DNA of 63,848 bases, counting the filler, from Octopus bimaculoides (Eukaryota): the NCBI RefSeq assembly GCF_001194135.2. It is 5 parts of 4 records of this genome, joined end to end, with 100 filler letters (N's around TTAATTAATTAA, not from the genome) between each part and the next. Parts side by side here need not be neighbours in the genome. Positions count along the whole stretch, not along the records: positions 1 to 14,514 come from NC_068989.1; 4 more parts are not named here. One strand, written 5' to 3'. Below, in pieces: positions 1 through 13,585 of the stretch. The notes beneath the pieces are model-generated. The model worked only from the letters and a program-made list of their open reading frames with translations, was not told the origin of the DNA and did no database searches. Each line of letters starts with the position of its first letter. The stretch's first letter is position 1. The position numbers were made by a program, and so were the translations under genes.

Positions 1-32
<32 letters not shown>

Positions 33-80
33 CATATATACATACATACATACATACATACATACATACATACATACATA

Positions 81-212
81 CGACAGGCTTCTTTCAGTTT
101 CCGTCTTTCAAAGCCATTCACAAGGCTTTGGTAGGCCTGAAGCTATAATAAAAGACACTTGACAAGGTGTCATGCAGTGGACTCGGAACCAGTTGGGAAG
201 CAAGGTAGCCTG
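81..212 (-). mobile_element. tRNA-derived SINE family B, 5' part
   Basis: Matches other family B copies (e.g. 25734-25897): gacaggcttctttcagtttccgtc...cacaaggctttgg...gacacttg. Confidence 0.75.
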
Positions 213-301
213 CGCATATATATATATATAATTAAGACATAGATAATTATACTGATTGGTAAACAAACAAAAGGAGACAGATAAATAGACAGACAGACTG
301 G

Positions 302-333
<32 letters not shown>

Positions 334-720
334 AACACAGACTCAAAATCTTGTAAATCTATGAATAATTGCAGAAAAAAGTTTAAACAAAACAAAGAAA
401 GCAAAGACAAACAAAAACACGTTGAGAATGTCTCAAAGCCCGGCTAATGAGTATGAATATGAATGAAGCAGCTTGTCAAACTACTTCCTTATCAAAATTG
501 TAAATAATCAATAGTGAAAGATAAAGCGTCACTTGCAAACGAAATATGACATTGGAAATCTCAGGAGAAACTAAAATACTAATGTTACTGTTGAGACAGA
601 TGTAAATAATGAATTCGTCCAATTATGAGCAGAATGTATTGATTTTAATTTAGAGCGGGGTTTGTTTCGTTTCTGAAATCTGTCTCCCAGAATATAGATA
701 TGTTGCTACTTGGAATTAGA

Positions 721-1064
721 GGAGGCGCAATGGCCCAGTGGTTAGGGCAGCGGACTCGTGGTCATAGGATCGCGGTTTCGATTCCCAGTCCGGGCGTTGT
801 GAGTTTTTATTGAGCGAAAACCCCTAAAGCGCCACGAGGCTCCGGCAGGGGATGGTGGCGAACCCTGTTGTACTCTTTCACCACAACTTTCTCTCACTCT
901 TATTTCCTGTTTCTGTTGTGCCTGTAATTCAAAGGGTCACCCTTGTCACGCTGAATATCCCCGAGAACTACGTTAAGGGTACACGTGTCCGTGGAGTACT
1001 TAGCCACTTGCACGTTAATTTCCCGAGCAGGCTGTTCCATTGATCGGATCAACTGGAACCCTCG
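721..1064 (+). mobile_element. tRNA-derived SINE family A, near full length
   Basis: A-box TGGCCCAGTGG and B-box GGTTTCGATTCCC; body and tail shared with 19201-19844 and 23525-23739. Confidence 0.85.
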
Positions 1065-1469
1065 AGTCTTAAGAAGAGTCTTATGAGAAAACCTTTATAT
1101 AATTGCTCGACTCTATATCGTTGCTAGAAAGAGCAGTTAAATTTCTTTTAAATGACATACATTACCGTGTTTGAATCAAGTATACGTAGGATGTCACCCA
1201 GGATACAGAGTAAGACAGGATTGTTAGGGATGGAAAATCATTGATAAACTGTTTTCTCCATCAGGCTTGACCAATGACGAAACAACAACAATAATGGCGT
1301 TGTTAAAGTCACTTTTGATGCTCCTACGTGTTTGTTGTTATACCCTAGTTTTAGGTCTGCTGTGATGTCGCTGGCCAATGCTCAAAGACATTCCAGCTAT
1401 GACCACTTCATCAGAATTTCAGACACGTTTGACGTGTGTGCTACTTTATCACCCCCTCCTTCTCCCCTC

Positions 1470-1676
1470 CTCCTCCTGCTTCTCTTCTTCTTCTTCTTCT
1501 TCTTCTTCTTCTTCTTCTTCTTCTTCTTCTTCTTCTTCTTCTTCTTCTTCTTCTTCTTCTTCTTCTTCTTCTGCTGCTGCTACTGCCATCACCACCTCCA
1601 CCACCAACACCACCAACACCACCATAACAACATCATCATAAACAACAATAAAAACAACTACTACCACTGCTGCTGT

Positions 1677-1713
<37 letters not shown>

Positions 1714-1740
1714 GCTACTACTACTACTACTACTACCAAG
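1470..1740. repeat. Compound trinucleotide microsatellite (CTT)n-(CAC/CAA)n-(TAC)n
   Basis: Directly visible. Confidence 0.95.
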
Positions 1741-2268
1741 CTAGATGGTCTCCTCCAAGCTAGATGGTCTCATACTACTTCAACTCAAGCGCCCTTCCTT
1801 GGCAGGTATCTCCTATTCTTGACACCCATATTGTCTATCTTGGCCCCACACGCCTGCACTAACCATTCCTCCCTCCACCGATCGTGCACCCCAGAGGGTA
1901 GGCCGTCTGAAACTCTCTTCCTACTTGTTTTCTTTCTCTCTCTCTCTCTTTTTTCTTTTTGCTGCTGCCATCAGTTTGTAGCCACTTAGATGAAACATTA
2001 ACCTCATCTCTGTCCCCTGTATTGGAGGTTCTGCGAAGCTCATGAAAACAACCTTTTCTGCCAGACCTTGTTTAAATAAGAATAGTTTGTAAGTTCTGTC
2101 TGTTAGTTCTAGCAAATCGAGCTACCACGTATGATCAGTAGAAATTTAGAGAAAACGACGAAATTATTTTCTTGTATCATTGGTAGGGTCATTACATCAA
2201 TAAGAAACACGCACTGATTCTCTTTCATTTCTTTTGTTATTATTATTCAACGAGTTAATCATTTAACC

Positions 2269-2506
2269 CAGTGGTTCTCATCCGGGCTCCATATAAGATT
2301 TTTCTTGTTAAAATTTATTCTTCTACAGATTGGTTTTATACTTCTATAATACAAAAAAAATATTTTAATAATTTCTTAAATACAATTCTTAATAATATTT
2401 AATTATAAATATATGATTGTTTTAAACTTCAAATGACTAGGAGGGTCCTTCCAAGTAAAATTGGAATCAAAGGGGTCCATAAGCGGAAAGTGGTTGAGAA
2501 ATACTG
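2269..2506. mobile_element. hAT-like MITE
   Basis: Terminal inverted repeats CAGTGGTTCTCA / TGAGAAATACTG; flanks atttaacc and attaacc resemble a decayed 8-bp TSD. Confidence 0.65.
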
Positions 2507-2834
2507 ATTAACCAATTAACTAACCGATACTTTGATGAATATAGTAAGTGAAAACTGGTAGACAAACAGTCTTTTAGTAGCGAAGGAATACCATTGAAAA
2601 TTCGTAAATGATGATGAAAGGACTCTGATGTACCTCAAATAGTTCACTGACTGACGAACGATTACTGAAAGTTAATTGAAGTTAATTAGTTAATTGATGA
2701 AACGGTTAACTAGTTCACTAATCATAATAAGAGAAGCGAAACAGATACAGTCCATGTGATTTGTATTGGTTTAATAACCATCCCACGATATTACAAAAAA
2801 ATAACAATTTTGCAAACTAAATACGAAAACGTAA

Positions 2835-3265
2835 TTATTAACTCCGCCTTAGCGAAGGCGGAGGTATTGTTCTCAGTCGTGTTTGTTCGTGTGTTTGTTT
2901 GTCCGTGGACAAGATATCTCAAGAACCGCTGGATGGATTCGGATGAAACTTTCGGGGATGTTTCGCCTTGTAACTGGCACGAACTGATTAGATTTTGGGA
3001 TCGATTTGGTACCGGGCAGGGATTCTGGATTATTTTTTCCTGTTTTTCACTTAATTTTTGAGAATGTTCGGGTTCACTTTTAGTATTCTTGTTTGTGAGA
3101 ACAGTCAAGTTTATTTCAGATATTCTCATTTTAAAAATCATCTCTGGCTAATCGTTGAGACGGCGTTGGCGGCGTTGCCTTTGCGGAAGTTTGCTCTCTC
3201 TCTCTCACTCTCTCTCTCTCAACTCTCTCTCTCTCACTCTCTCTCTTTCTCTGAGTGCTCTTGTT
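2835..3265 (+). mobile_element. Non-autonomous Helentron/HINE (DINE-1-like) element
   Basis: 5' ttattaaCTCCGCC-ttagcgaa-GGCGGAG hairpin (2842-2863), tgtttgt microsatellite, gatatctcaagaaccgctggatggatt block, 3' gcggaagtttgctctc...ctgagtgctcttgtt. Layout recalled from Helentron-associated elements. Confidence 0.6.
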
Positions 3266-3504
3266 CTTTGTTGCATTTATATTTTTATTCCTTTCATTCA
3301 TTGGACTGCAACCAAGCTGGAGTATCAACTTCAAAGGCTTCATCAATCAAACCCCAGTTGCAGTACAGTGTTTATCTTCTTTGAGTATCGAACCGCTATG
3401 TTTCGTTTCTGACATGCAGAGTCTCGACTCGATGAACTGGCCTATTTCAGTCATGCCAGCTCATACACATTTACCATACATACATACATACATACATACA
3501 TACA

Positions 3505-4345
3505 CAAAAAGGACAGAGATGCATGAAAAGCAGTAAAATGTGACAACCGATGCAGACTTTGTGGCGTTAATACCGAAGATATCTTCTACATCATAAGCAG
3601 TTGTCCGAAAATGTCATCACAGTATTATCTACCGATGAGACATGATGTACTAGCTAGGACACTCTAAAATGAAAGCCGTCGGAAGGCTAACCCCGAGGAC
3701 AAAGAAATAAGAACCCACAGTATGGTAGAAGACATAGCTACTCATAATAAAAAGGAGTACTGGTAGAATGACCCAGTGAAGACCTCAACAGATCTGATGT
3801 AATGATTTAGGATAGAGAAGAGAAACTGTGTACAGTTGTGGAAATTAGCTATCCAGCGAATGTTAACATAAAGCTGAAGATCGGTGTAAAAGAGAATACC
3901 TACACTGAACTATTGAGAAATCTGCTGTTACTCGATCCAGATTACAAGTTCAGATTTATACCTGTAATTATTGGGGCGCTGGGATATGTAACACAATGCT
4001 CAAATACCAATCTTGAGAAATTAGGCTTCTCAAAACCAGAAAGGAGCAAGCTAATTCGAAGACTACAAACCCAAGGAATCACTGGAACTGTAAAAATCTG
4101 TAAAACTTTCCAGAAGTTAATCATTTAAATATATATGAGCATGTCTAGATATGCAACTACATGCATGAGGATACGTACATAAAACAGAACATACAAATCT
4201 GCATACATACATTCATACATACAAACAAACATACCCTGTTGTTGATGTTGAAATTCCAATCAAGGAGCCTTGAATCTAGGTTAGAAACAGGCTCTTTCTC
4301 TATTGGTAAGAAATCTTGAAATAAACAGAACAATGACAAACATAC
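3505..4345 (+). mobile_element. 3' fragment of an R4/Dong-like non-LTR retrotransposon (zinc knuckle, restriction-like endonuclease, 3' UTR), degenerate
   Basis: CRLCGVNTEDIFYIISSCPKMSSQYYLPMRHD from 3551, then EISYPANVNIKLKI...FIPVIIGALG...GTVKICKTF (3838-4128); stops and frameshifts. Confidence 0.8.
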
Positions 4346-5270
4346 ATACATAGATACATACATACATACATACATGTGCTACAAACGGTCACGACTCCAA
4401 GGCCTATAGAAATCTGCAAGACCTTAGGACTTAAAGGATGATGGTTATAACAAGATACTTTCCTTCACAGCGTTGCTACCAAGTCGGTGGGCGGTCAAAA
4501 TTTACTCTAAAATTAAAAAGAAGTACATATACACATGAACCAATACATACATACGTGCATCAATACATACGTGCATCAATACATACATACATACATACAC
4601 ACATACATACATACATACATACATACATGCATACATACAAGCATACGTACATACTTACGTAAATACATATATACATTACATATTATAGTGTGTGTGAATG
4701 TGTGTCAATGTGTCTTGGTGCTCGTATGTAATTATTAAGGGAAGACGAGAGGAAAGTGGGCGTGACAGAAATGCATGAAAGTGTATGGGTGAGAGATGCT
4801 GTAATGTGAAAGAGACATGGTCAAGAGAAGGTATATGTATATCTATCTATGTATCTATCTATACATACTTATATACATACATGCATGCATGCATACATGA
4901 ATACATACATACATGCATACATACATACATACAACTGATGCGTTTATTTGAAAATATGGTAGGCATATTTCATGACCACGAAACGCCGGGTTCGATCCCA
5001 CTGTTGTGCCATTTTGGTCAAATATAATTTCCTCTAGTTTCTAAACGAGACATACATTCTGAGTAAAATTGGGAAAAAGAAGAAATTGGGAAAAAGGAAG
5101 AAATTGGGAAAAAGGAAGAAATTTATCCATCGGGTAAATTGTACCTGAATTTAAAATATACAACAAGGTTGTATCTTTTCAATACAGGTAAAAATCTACC
5201 TAATCAGGTACACATTCTGTACCACGCTGATACTACCTGAGAAATACATTAAGGGTAAATGTAACTCTAA

Positions 5271-5668
5271 AGGCGATGATCTGGCAGAGTCGCTAGCACG
5301 TCGGGCAAAATGCTTCGCAACATTACGTCCGTCTTTACGTTCTGAGTTCAAACTCCGCCAAGGAGCACTGGGGTCAATGAAATCGATTTACTCCTCCTCC
5401 CAAAATTGCTGTCCTTGTGCTGAAATTTGATATCAATATTTAATTAATTCGAGGCGGGCGAGCTACCAGAGTCGTTAGTATACCGGTCAAAATATTTCAC
5501 GGCATTGTACCTGTCTTAACGTTCTGAGTTCAAACTCCACCGAGGTCGACTTGTTTTTTTTTTTTTTCATCTTTTCGGAATAAAATAAGTATCAGCTGAG
5601 CAACAATGTCGATGAAAACGACTTAGCCCTCATCCCCAAATTGCTGTCCTTGTGCCAAACTTTGAAGT
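5271..5668 (+). mobile_element. Two tandem SINE family C copies (5271-5435, 5451-5668)
   Basis: Both carry gttctgagttcaaactcc(g/a)cc and a ccaaaattgctgtccttgtg tail; similar to 40821-41035. Confidence 0.75.
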
Positions 5669-5779
5669 CTGTATGTAATTCGTTCTGGAGTAGATAATTC
5701 AGTTGATCCAACCTCTGAATCATCATCGTCAAACGACAAAGATTCACCAAAGTAAACGCAACTCAGTTCTAGATGCTTT

Positions 5780-5910
5780 TTAATAAATATTATCTTTCTC
5801 TCTTTCTCTATTTCTTTCTTAATTTCTTCCTATCATTCTTTCTTTTCCTTTACTCTCTTACACCTTTTGTTCCTTTCTTTTTTCCTTCTTTGTTTGTTTG
5901 TTTGTTTGTT

Positions 5911-5945
<35 letters not shown>

Positions 5946-6005
5946 GTCTTGCTTTCTCTTTTTCTTTCTCTGTTTCTTTCTTGCTTTCTTTTTTTCTTTC
6001 TTTCT
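5780..6005. repeat. (TTTC)n/(TTTG)n pyrimidine-rich simple repeat
   Basis: Directly visible. Confidence 0.9.
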
Positions 6006-7938
6006 CCACAAATTTCGTTGCAGTTTGTTTCCTGAGTTCGTTGCAGTTTGTTTGGAACAGTGAGGCACTTAAGTCTACCATCAACCCTTTTAGACCTTCG
6101 AGTTGAAATAATGTTGGCATATGAAAAACCTTCATAAAATGTATAATTCTCGGAAGCAGTTGTGTTTCTCATACAAAAGATACATTTNNNNNNNNNNNNN
6201 NNNNNNNNNNNNNNNNNNNNNNNNNNNNNNNNNNNNNNNNNNNNNNNNNNNNNNNNNNNNNNNNNNNNNNNNNNNNNNNNNNNNNNNNNNNNNNNNNNNN
6301 NNNNNNNNNNNNNNNNNNNNNNNNNNNNNNNNNNNNNNNNNNNNNNNNNNNNNNNNNNNNNNNNNNNNNNNNNNNNNNNNNNNNNNNNNNNNNNNNNNNN
6401 NNNNNNNNNNNNNNNNNNNNNNNNNNNNNNNNNNNNNNNNNNNNNNNNNNNNNNNNNNNNNNNNNNNNNNNNNNNNNNNNNNNNNNNNNNNNNNNNNNNN
6501 NNNNNNNNNNNNNNNNNNNNNNNNNNNNNNNNNNNNNNNNNNNNNNNNNNNNNNNNNNNNNNNNNNNNNNNNNNNNATATATATATGTCTATATGTAAAT
6601 GTATATATACATATATGTGTATACAATTTGCTGTACCCGGTAATTCCCAGGGGTAAAGATATCCTATTGAAATGCCTTATTACTCTAATAAAAGAAAGTA
6701 ATTTCGTTATAACTGCCACAAAAGTTGTATTTTCCGCCACGAAAAAGTACAAAATAAAAAACTGCCAGCTGGAGGAGGGAGCGATTGTTGGAGGTAGGCG
6801 AGAGGCAAAGACATTATTCTGCTTAGCGAAGGCATCTGGGAAATGTATCACTGCTGTCATTCACAGAAGAACTATTGTTTTACCGTGAGAAAAGCGCTGT
6901 GGAAGTGTTAAGTGAAGTTTGGCGATCAAGGATCGAATCTACGCTATGCCTGCATGAAGCCACTACAAATGTGTAACTGTAAATATGCAGAATTATCAGA
7001 GTAATGGGCATTCAAAAAAGTATGTATGTATAGAAATGTATGAATGAAGTCTTTAATGTTTAAGATTCAAATTAAGGAAGTGCAATAATAATGTTTAGCA
7101 GTTCAAAACTGTGACTAGTGAAATGCAGAATTAGGTCGGCTAATCGAGAGAATCAAATATTGATCGCTTCGCTAAAATCTGCAGGTGGTACGGGTTATTT
7201 CCCTTGGGTTGTTTAATAAATATATTAATAATATGTAATATATAGAAGGATCCATTAGAAGGGCCCTATTATCGATTTGTTTCAACAATCTAAGTATGTC
7301 ACGAAGTTTCCAGGCATGAGTTCTGCTCACGTGTCAAATAAAGTATAAAAGAGATATTGTCTGCAAAATTTAGAAATAGGACCCACAAAAAATCAATATT
7401 CAAAGTAATCGAACATAAACAATGAAATGGGTTATTTCCCTTGAGTGCTTAAGAAACATTGTACAGATGCTATGGGTTATTCCCCTTGGGTGTTTAAAAA
7501 ATTAGTCATATGCGGTAGATATGAAGGTTCCTTCCAGGGGCCTATTATCGATTTTTTTCAACAATCTAAGTATGTCACGAGGTTTCCAGACATGAGTTCT
7601 ACACGCGTTTCAAGTTTCATCAAAATCAATAAAACGACGTAAGAGTAAAAGAATAAAAGAATATCCGTAGATATATATTTTTTTTAAATACAACGAAAAA
7701 TACAACTGAATTTGTTGAACTTTGTTTTAAAAGTTAAATCATATACTTAATGGCTAAGATCATNNNNNNNNNNNNNNNNNNNNNNNNNNNNNNNNNNNNN
7801 NNNNNNNNNNNNNNNNNNNNNNNNNNNNNNNNNNNNNNNNNNNNNNNNNNNNNNNNNNNNNNNNNNNNNNNNNNNNNNNNNNNNNNNNNNNNNNNNNNNN
7901 NNNNNNNNNNNNNNNNNNNNNNNNNNNNNNNNNNNNNN

Positions 7939-7985
<47 letters not shown>

Positions 7986-8104
7986 AAGCAATACTTACGG
8001 ACACATACACTCTCACGCACATGTACACACACGTGCACACATATATACACTTATACACATCTATAAAATCTAATATACGTGTATGAATAATGTGTATGAA
8101 ATGG

Positions 8105-8260
8105 AATTCAGCACAGCACAGTTTCTATTAACCAAATTCAATTCACAAGGTACTAGTTAACTATTGTCTTCAGTAAAAAACACTTATCCAAACTGTCACG
8201 CAGTGGCATCGAGTTCGGAAGCACACGCTTGAGGTGGAAGCTTCTTGACGAAAATGTTAC
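8105..8260 (-). mobile_element. Degenerate SINE family B head
   Basis: cacaagg...aaacactt...cacgcagtggcatcgagttcggaa...aagcttcttgac. Confidence 0.5.
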
Positions 8261-9108
8261 GTTTGGCTATAAATGTTCTTCTGGCTTCAAACGATACCTA
8301 GACTAACTTTACTTTTAAATCCATAAAAAGCAGAAAATACTTGACTTTTGGACATTCTATTATAGTACAACGTCTAAAAGAGAAATATTAATATTGCTTG
8401 CAATATAATTTTTATTGAAAAGTGCCACGGGCTCAAAATTTTCGGTACCTTTGGCCTATTTGTGTATTCTGTGTAATACCTAAAGTACCATTTCAGTAAA
8501 ACTTTGGTTTTTTATTCGATATAAGTTAATCTGCACCAAAGATTCGTTCAAGAGAAAACTATTAGCTGCCTTCTCGTCAAAAATATTTTTTCATTCTTCG
8601 ATTTCAGATTTTTCTCTATCTTCTTCAATGTTATTTCACTTGTAACATTGGCCCCTGATATACTGAGCAGAACAAATCAATACTTCTGTGAGAGACAACC
8701 ACCCTGAACCAGCAAGATACAGTGGATATAGCACAGTAGATATTCGGAAAAGTGTCTGTCAATCAAATACACTAAGTTACCCTTGCAAATAGTTTTTTTA
8801 TGAATCAAATATTTTACAATAAAATGCTGTTTAAATAACCAGAAAATGCTCCAACTGTGAACAGTAAGCTAACCACTAGATCCATCGCTAGTGTACTGCT
8901 AGAGTACTGCTAACACACCTAAGGCAACGTGTTCTTTTTGTGTACAGCAGTGCATTAGGATGAGAAAGAAGTCTGCTTCACACACAATCTGTATGTCAAT
9001 ATATCGATTCAGTTTACAGACGATCGATAATGTTATCTATCTCTGTGGGTACTGCAGTGGGGATCTCTAACACATGTAAGTAAAGTATGCAAAAATGTAT
9101 GATATACA

Positions 9109-9142
<34 letters not shown>

Positions 9143-9587
9143 AATATATGTATACAAACCTATATGCATAATACATACAAATACATGCATATATATATAT
9201 ATATATATATANNNNNNNNNNNNNNNNNNNNNNNNNNNNNNNNNNNNNNNNNNNNNNNNNNNNNNNNNNNNNNNNNNNNNNNNNNNNNNNNNNNNNNNNN
9301 NNNNNNNNNNNNNNNNNNNNNNNNNNNNNNNNNNNNNNNNNNNNNNNNNNNNNNNNNNNNNNNNNNNNNNNNNNNNNNNNNNNNNNNNNNNNNNNNNNNN
9401 NNNNNNNNNNNNNNNNNNNNNNNNNNNNNNNNNNNNNNNNNNNNNNNNNNNNNNNNNNNNNNNNNNNNNNNNNNNNNNNNNNNNNNNNNNNNNNNNNNNN
9501 NNNNNNNNNNNNNNNNNNNNNNNNNNNNNNNNNNNNNNNNNNNNNNNNNNNNNNNNNNNNNNNNNNNNNNNNNNNNNNNNNNNNNNN

Positions 9588-9626
<39 letters not shown>

Positions 9627-10260
9627 TATACGGAACTAGGAAAATAGGAAAAGAATAAAATCGGTAAAACAAATTTAAAACAAAGTAATGTTGAGTATTA
9701 ATTAGAGAACGAACGGCCAAACATGGTAAAGCGTACTCCTGACTGCCTTTTCCAATGTGTGCTCAAATCATATATATAGTTTAGTATGTTTGGTAGGTAT
9801 TTTTACGAGGTTGGAGTATCACATAGAAGTCTCTCTGCAGCTGATTGTTGCTTAAACCAGCATTTGTCCCCACATGAAATTTGTACATCCACACATGTCG
9901 AAATTTATGAATTTGGTTATCGTTGTTATGTAGTCTAGATTAATCTGTCTACTGACAGTATCAATATACATCAAGTTGAGTCAAGTTATTTAAATGAAGG
10001 ACTTGAAGATATGCTAGATACAAGGTATAAACAGCAAAGGCAAAAATGAAAAAAAGTAGGAAAGAAGTAGCCTCAACGTGCAAGAAATATTAGCAAGTGA
10101 GAAATGACAACATAATGTCTTAGAAACGTGTGCTTGAAATGCTGAAATCAGTGAAAGCGCTTACATAGAAATTTACTCCTATTGAGTCTGTATATCTTAA
10201 AGATATTTGAAATATAATTTTTAATTTTTAATTTAAGAAAACATTTTTCAAATACACACA

Positions 10261-10323
<63 letters not shown>

Positions 10324-11164
10324 NNNNNNNNNNNNNNNNNNNNNNNNNNNNNNNNNNNNNNNNNNNNNNNNNNNNNNNNNNNNNNNNNNNNNNNNNNNNN
10401 NNNNNNNNNNNNNNNNNNNNNNNNNNNNNNNNNNNNNNNNNNNNNNNNNNNNNNNNNNNNNNNNNNNNNNNNNNNNNNNNNNNNNNNNNNNNNNNNNNNN
10501 NNNNNNNNNNNNNNNNNNNNNNNNNNNNNNNNNNNNNNNNNNNNNNNNNNNNNNNNNNNNNNNNNNNNNNNNNNNNNNNNNNNNNNNNNNNNNNNNNNNN
10601 NNNNNNNNNNNNNNNNNNNNNNNNNNNNNNNNNNNNNNNNNNNNNNNNNNNNNNNNNNNNNNNNNNNNNNNNNNNNNNNNNNNNNNNNNNNNNNNNNNNN
10701 NNNNNNNNNNNNNNNNNNNNNNNNNNNNNNNNNNNNNNNNNNNNNNNNNNNNNNNNNNNNNNNNNNNNNNNNNNNNNNNNNNNNNNNNNNNNNNNNNNNN
10801 NNNNNNNNNNNNNNNNNNNNNNNNNNNNNNNNNNNNNNNNNNNNNNNNNNNNNNNNNNNNNNNNNNNNNNNNNNNNNNNNNNNNNNNNNNNNNNNNNNNN
10901 NNNNNNNNNNNNNNNNNNNNNNNNNNNNNNNNNNNNNNNNNNNNNNNNNNNNNNNNNNNNNNNNNNNNNNNNNNNNNNNNNNNNNNNNNNNNNNNNNNNN
11001 NNNNNNNNNNNNNNNNNNNNNNNNNNNNNNNNNNNNNNNNNNNNNNNNNNNNNNNNNNNNNNNNNNNNNNNNNNNNNNNNNNNNNNNNNNNNNNNNNNNN
11101 NNNNNNNNCTAAAAAAGATCCAAAGCTCCATGTTTAGAATGTAGATAAAAAAAATACAGTTTCA

Positions 11165-12335
11165 CATTTTAAACCTGAGAAAAGTATTCCATAGGTCTAC
11201 TGTCCCGTTTGCAGATTGTATTTGTAATGTGCGAATCTGTCAGTTGATTTCTTTTTCTGAAAATCCAAGCTTATCCAAACTGACAGTTTGGAATTTGCTT
11301 ACAAAACCAAGTGCTCCAGTTATTATAGGTACAAATGTAAACTTGTAATCCGGATATGGAAGCTGAAGGTTTCAAAGCCGTTGTCCATAGTTGTCTTCTT
11401 TCTCTTTGATTTTTAAAGAGATATTTACATCAGCAAGACAGCTGATCTCTTTGACGCTACAGGTTTTTCTTGTCTGTCCCAAATAACAATATCCAGCCTG
11501 TTACCCTTACACTTGTTAGATGTTTTGATGTGAATGCTCCACCAGTATTCCTTGAGCTGATATTTGTGTAGGTTTACAATAACTGGGGGATTCTGTATAC
11601 TTATTCCAGAACAGTCTTTTTTTCCCGAATGGCATTGTGTATTATTTTTGTGACAACGTCATGTCCCATAGATAGGTAGTACCTTAATGACATTTGGGGC
11701 AGCTGCTAATCATATGTGTTATTTCCTCCACAGAAATATGACAATCTACATTTACAGTTACATCTTGAAACTCCAAGGACTTCACTGTCTCTTTCGTTGA
11801 TTATGTATTTAGTAGCAATCTTCTGTTCTTAGCCTTCGAAATGTGACGTGATGTAGCACTCACGAATCCAGAGAGGCTTCGCTTCATGTCACTATTACTA
11901 TCTTCTTCAAGTCTTCGAGAGTAGTTTTCGAGGAGCTCACTTCAAACATATACGATATTGTTTTCTTCACTTTTCAGTACTAAGTTAATGTATTATTTTT
12001 GCTGCTATTGTTTAGCAAGTGCTTTCTAAGAGAGACTATGCGACGTGTGAAAGCTGACTTCACTGATCTCAAGCTCCTACCTCCTCTATCTCTTCTTAGA
12101 TAAAGCCTGTCGATATCAACATTTTTGTGGTGATTTCCAGTTGATGTTAGAATCTTGTGGGTTTCAATGTCTATGGAGTGGATTTCTACAGACCAGTCGA
12201 GTATCTCAAATGTTGGAATCAGCACTGGGACTGTAAATGCATTGTGGGATATTGCCTTGTTGTAAAAGGAAAGTTCAGACTGCCATATTTTTCTTAGTAT
12301 AGTGCAATATTCTTGGGTCACTCTGTCTTTATTTC
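11165..12335 (-). mobile_element. R4/Dong-like non-LTR retrotransposon remnant (RT thumb to REL endonuclease)
   Basis: ILRKIWQSELSFYNKAISHNAFTVPVL...DIDRLYLRRDRGGRSL (12321-11980); EITHMISSCPK; NRLDIVIWDRQEK...EISC.ADVNISLKIKEKEDNY...YPDYKFTFVPIITGALG; many stops. Related to 3505-4345. Confidence 0.8.
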
Positions 12336-13585
12336 CAATACCTTGATATGATATGTATGCATGTATGTGTGCGTTCGTATGTGTGTGCTTTTTATGTGTG
12401 TGTAAATGTATATGTATGTGTATGCGTGTGTGTCTATATGTGTGTGTCTTAAATCGTGGCTACTTAAAAGTAATTTTAACAATAAAAAACACAACATTTA
12501 TTGTTATCAAAAAAATTCAAAACTGTGTGTGTGTGTATTCAAATTATTGCAAAATTCATATTGCCCGGAACTTTATGTTTCTCCCTGGCGGCTTAAAAGG
12601 TTTCAGTTTATATAAGGAAACAAGAGAGATTCATTGGATTTTTTTTTTTTGTGGGTAGTGATTTACATATATTTTTAAAACTCATAAATACAAAAATTTT
12701 AATATTTTAGCTGTAGAGAACTGATAAACGAGTCAAAGGCCAGACAACATATTTAAAAGTTGAAACCAGAAGTCAAGCAGATTAAGAAAAGTTACATATG
12801 AGGAAGGAAAATTAAAAAAAAACGTATATAAAATGTATAAAATATTCAAAACATAATCAAACTAGTAAATAAAGGGTAATATGAGATAAAAATTAGGAAC
12901 ACAAAAGTAAAATAAAAAATAAAAGTATGAATGAATTAAAAATATTAATGTAAAGATATCTGAAAACAGGCCAGTAATTGGTCATGTGTGAAAATGAACT
13001 GAAGAAGCAATCAATCAATTAGTTACATGGGTAATTCAAATAAAAGCTAAAAAATGTTTTTCTTACAATGAGTTAAAGTATAAGCTGCATTGGGTATGGT
13101 GCTATAAATGTGTGTATATGGATGTGTGTGTGTGTGTATGTGTGCATGTGTGAGTGTGCGTGTGTGTGTGTGTGAGGTGTTTGTGTAAATGTGCGTAAAT
13201 GAGAGTTGTTTAAAAATATGGCTTGTAATTATGGCCCAATAAAAATGATTTTTTAGATGATAACTTTCTAAAAAAATTGACTTGATATAATGTTTTATGT
13301 GGAAACAAAGTTAACCATCTATAACAGTTTGTTAAAAGAAATTTAATTTCTGGTATATGTATGTGTTTGTTTTTATATGTCTATGTACGTGTTTATAAGC
13401 GAAAAGGTAGTTTTTATTTTATATGCTTTTGTGAGATTTATTGAATTTACTAATTGACGTAAAATATAAAAAAACACAAAGAAATTAAATTGAATGAACT
13501 AAAAATTCTAATGTTGTTCGCAAGTATAAAATTGACAGTAAAGATATAAGTCCACACGAAATAGGGAAATTATAAGTTATGTATG

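Noticed and set aside
721-790. tRNA-like sequences with A and B boxes (also 13586, 25734, 40821)
   Set aside because: They continue into shared SINE bodies and are dispersed in many diverged copies; not tRNA genes.
1332-1763. Long homopolymer ORFs (polyF/S/L/E) and the many YIYI, HTHT, CVCV, LSVC and X-containing ORFs in the track
   Set aside because: Translations of microsatellites and N gaps; no coding signal.
5066-5120. Short tandem repeats (17 bp x3 here; about 19 bp x2 at 1734; about 22 bp x2 at 6015; 21 bp x2.5 at 29716)
   Set aside because: No spacers and no cas genes; ordinary slippage duplications, not CRISPR-like.
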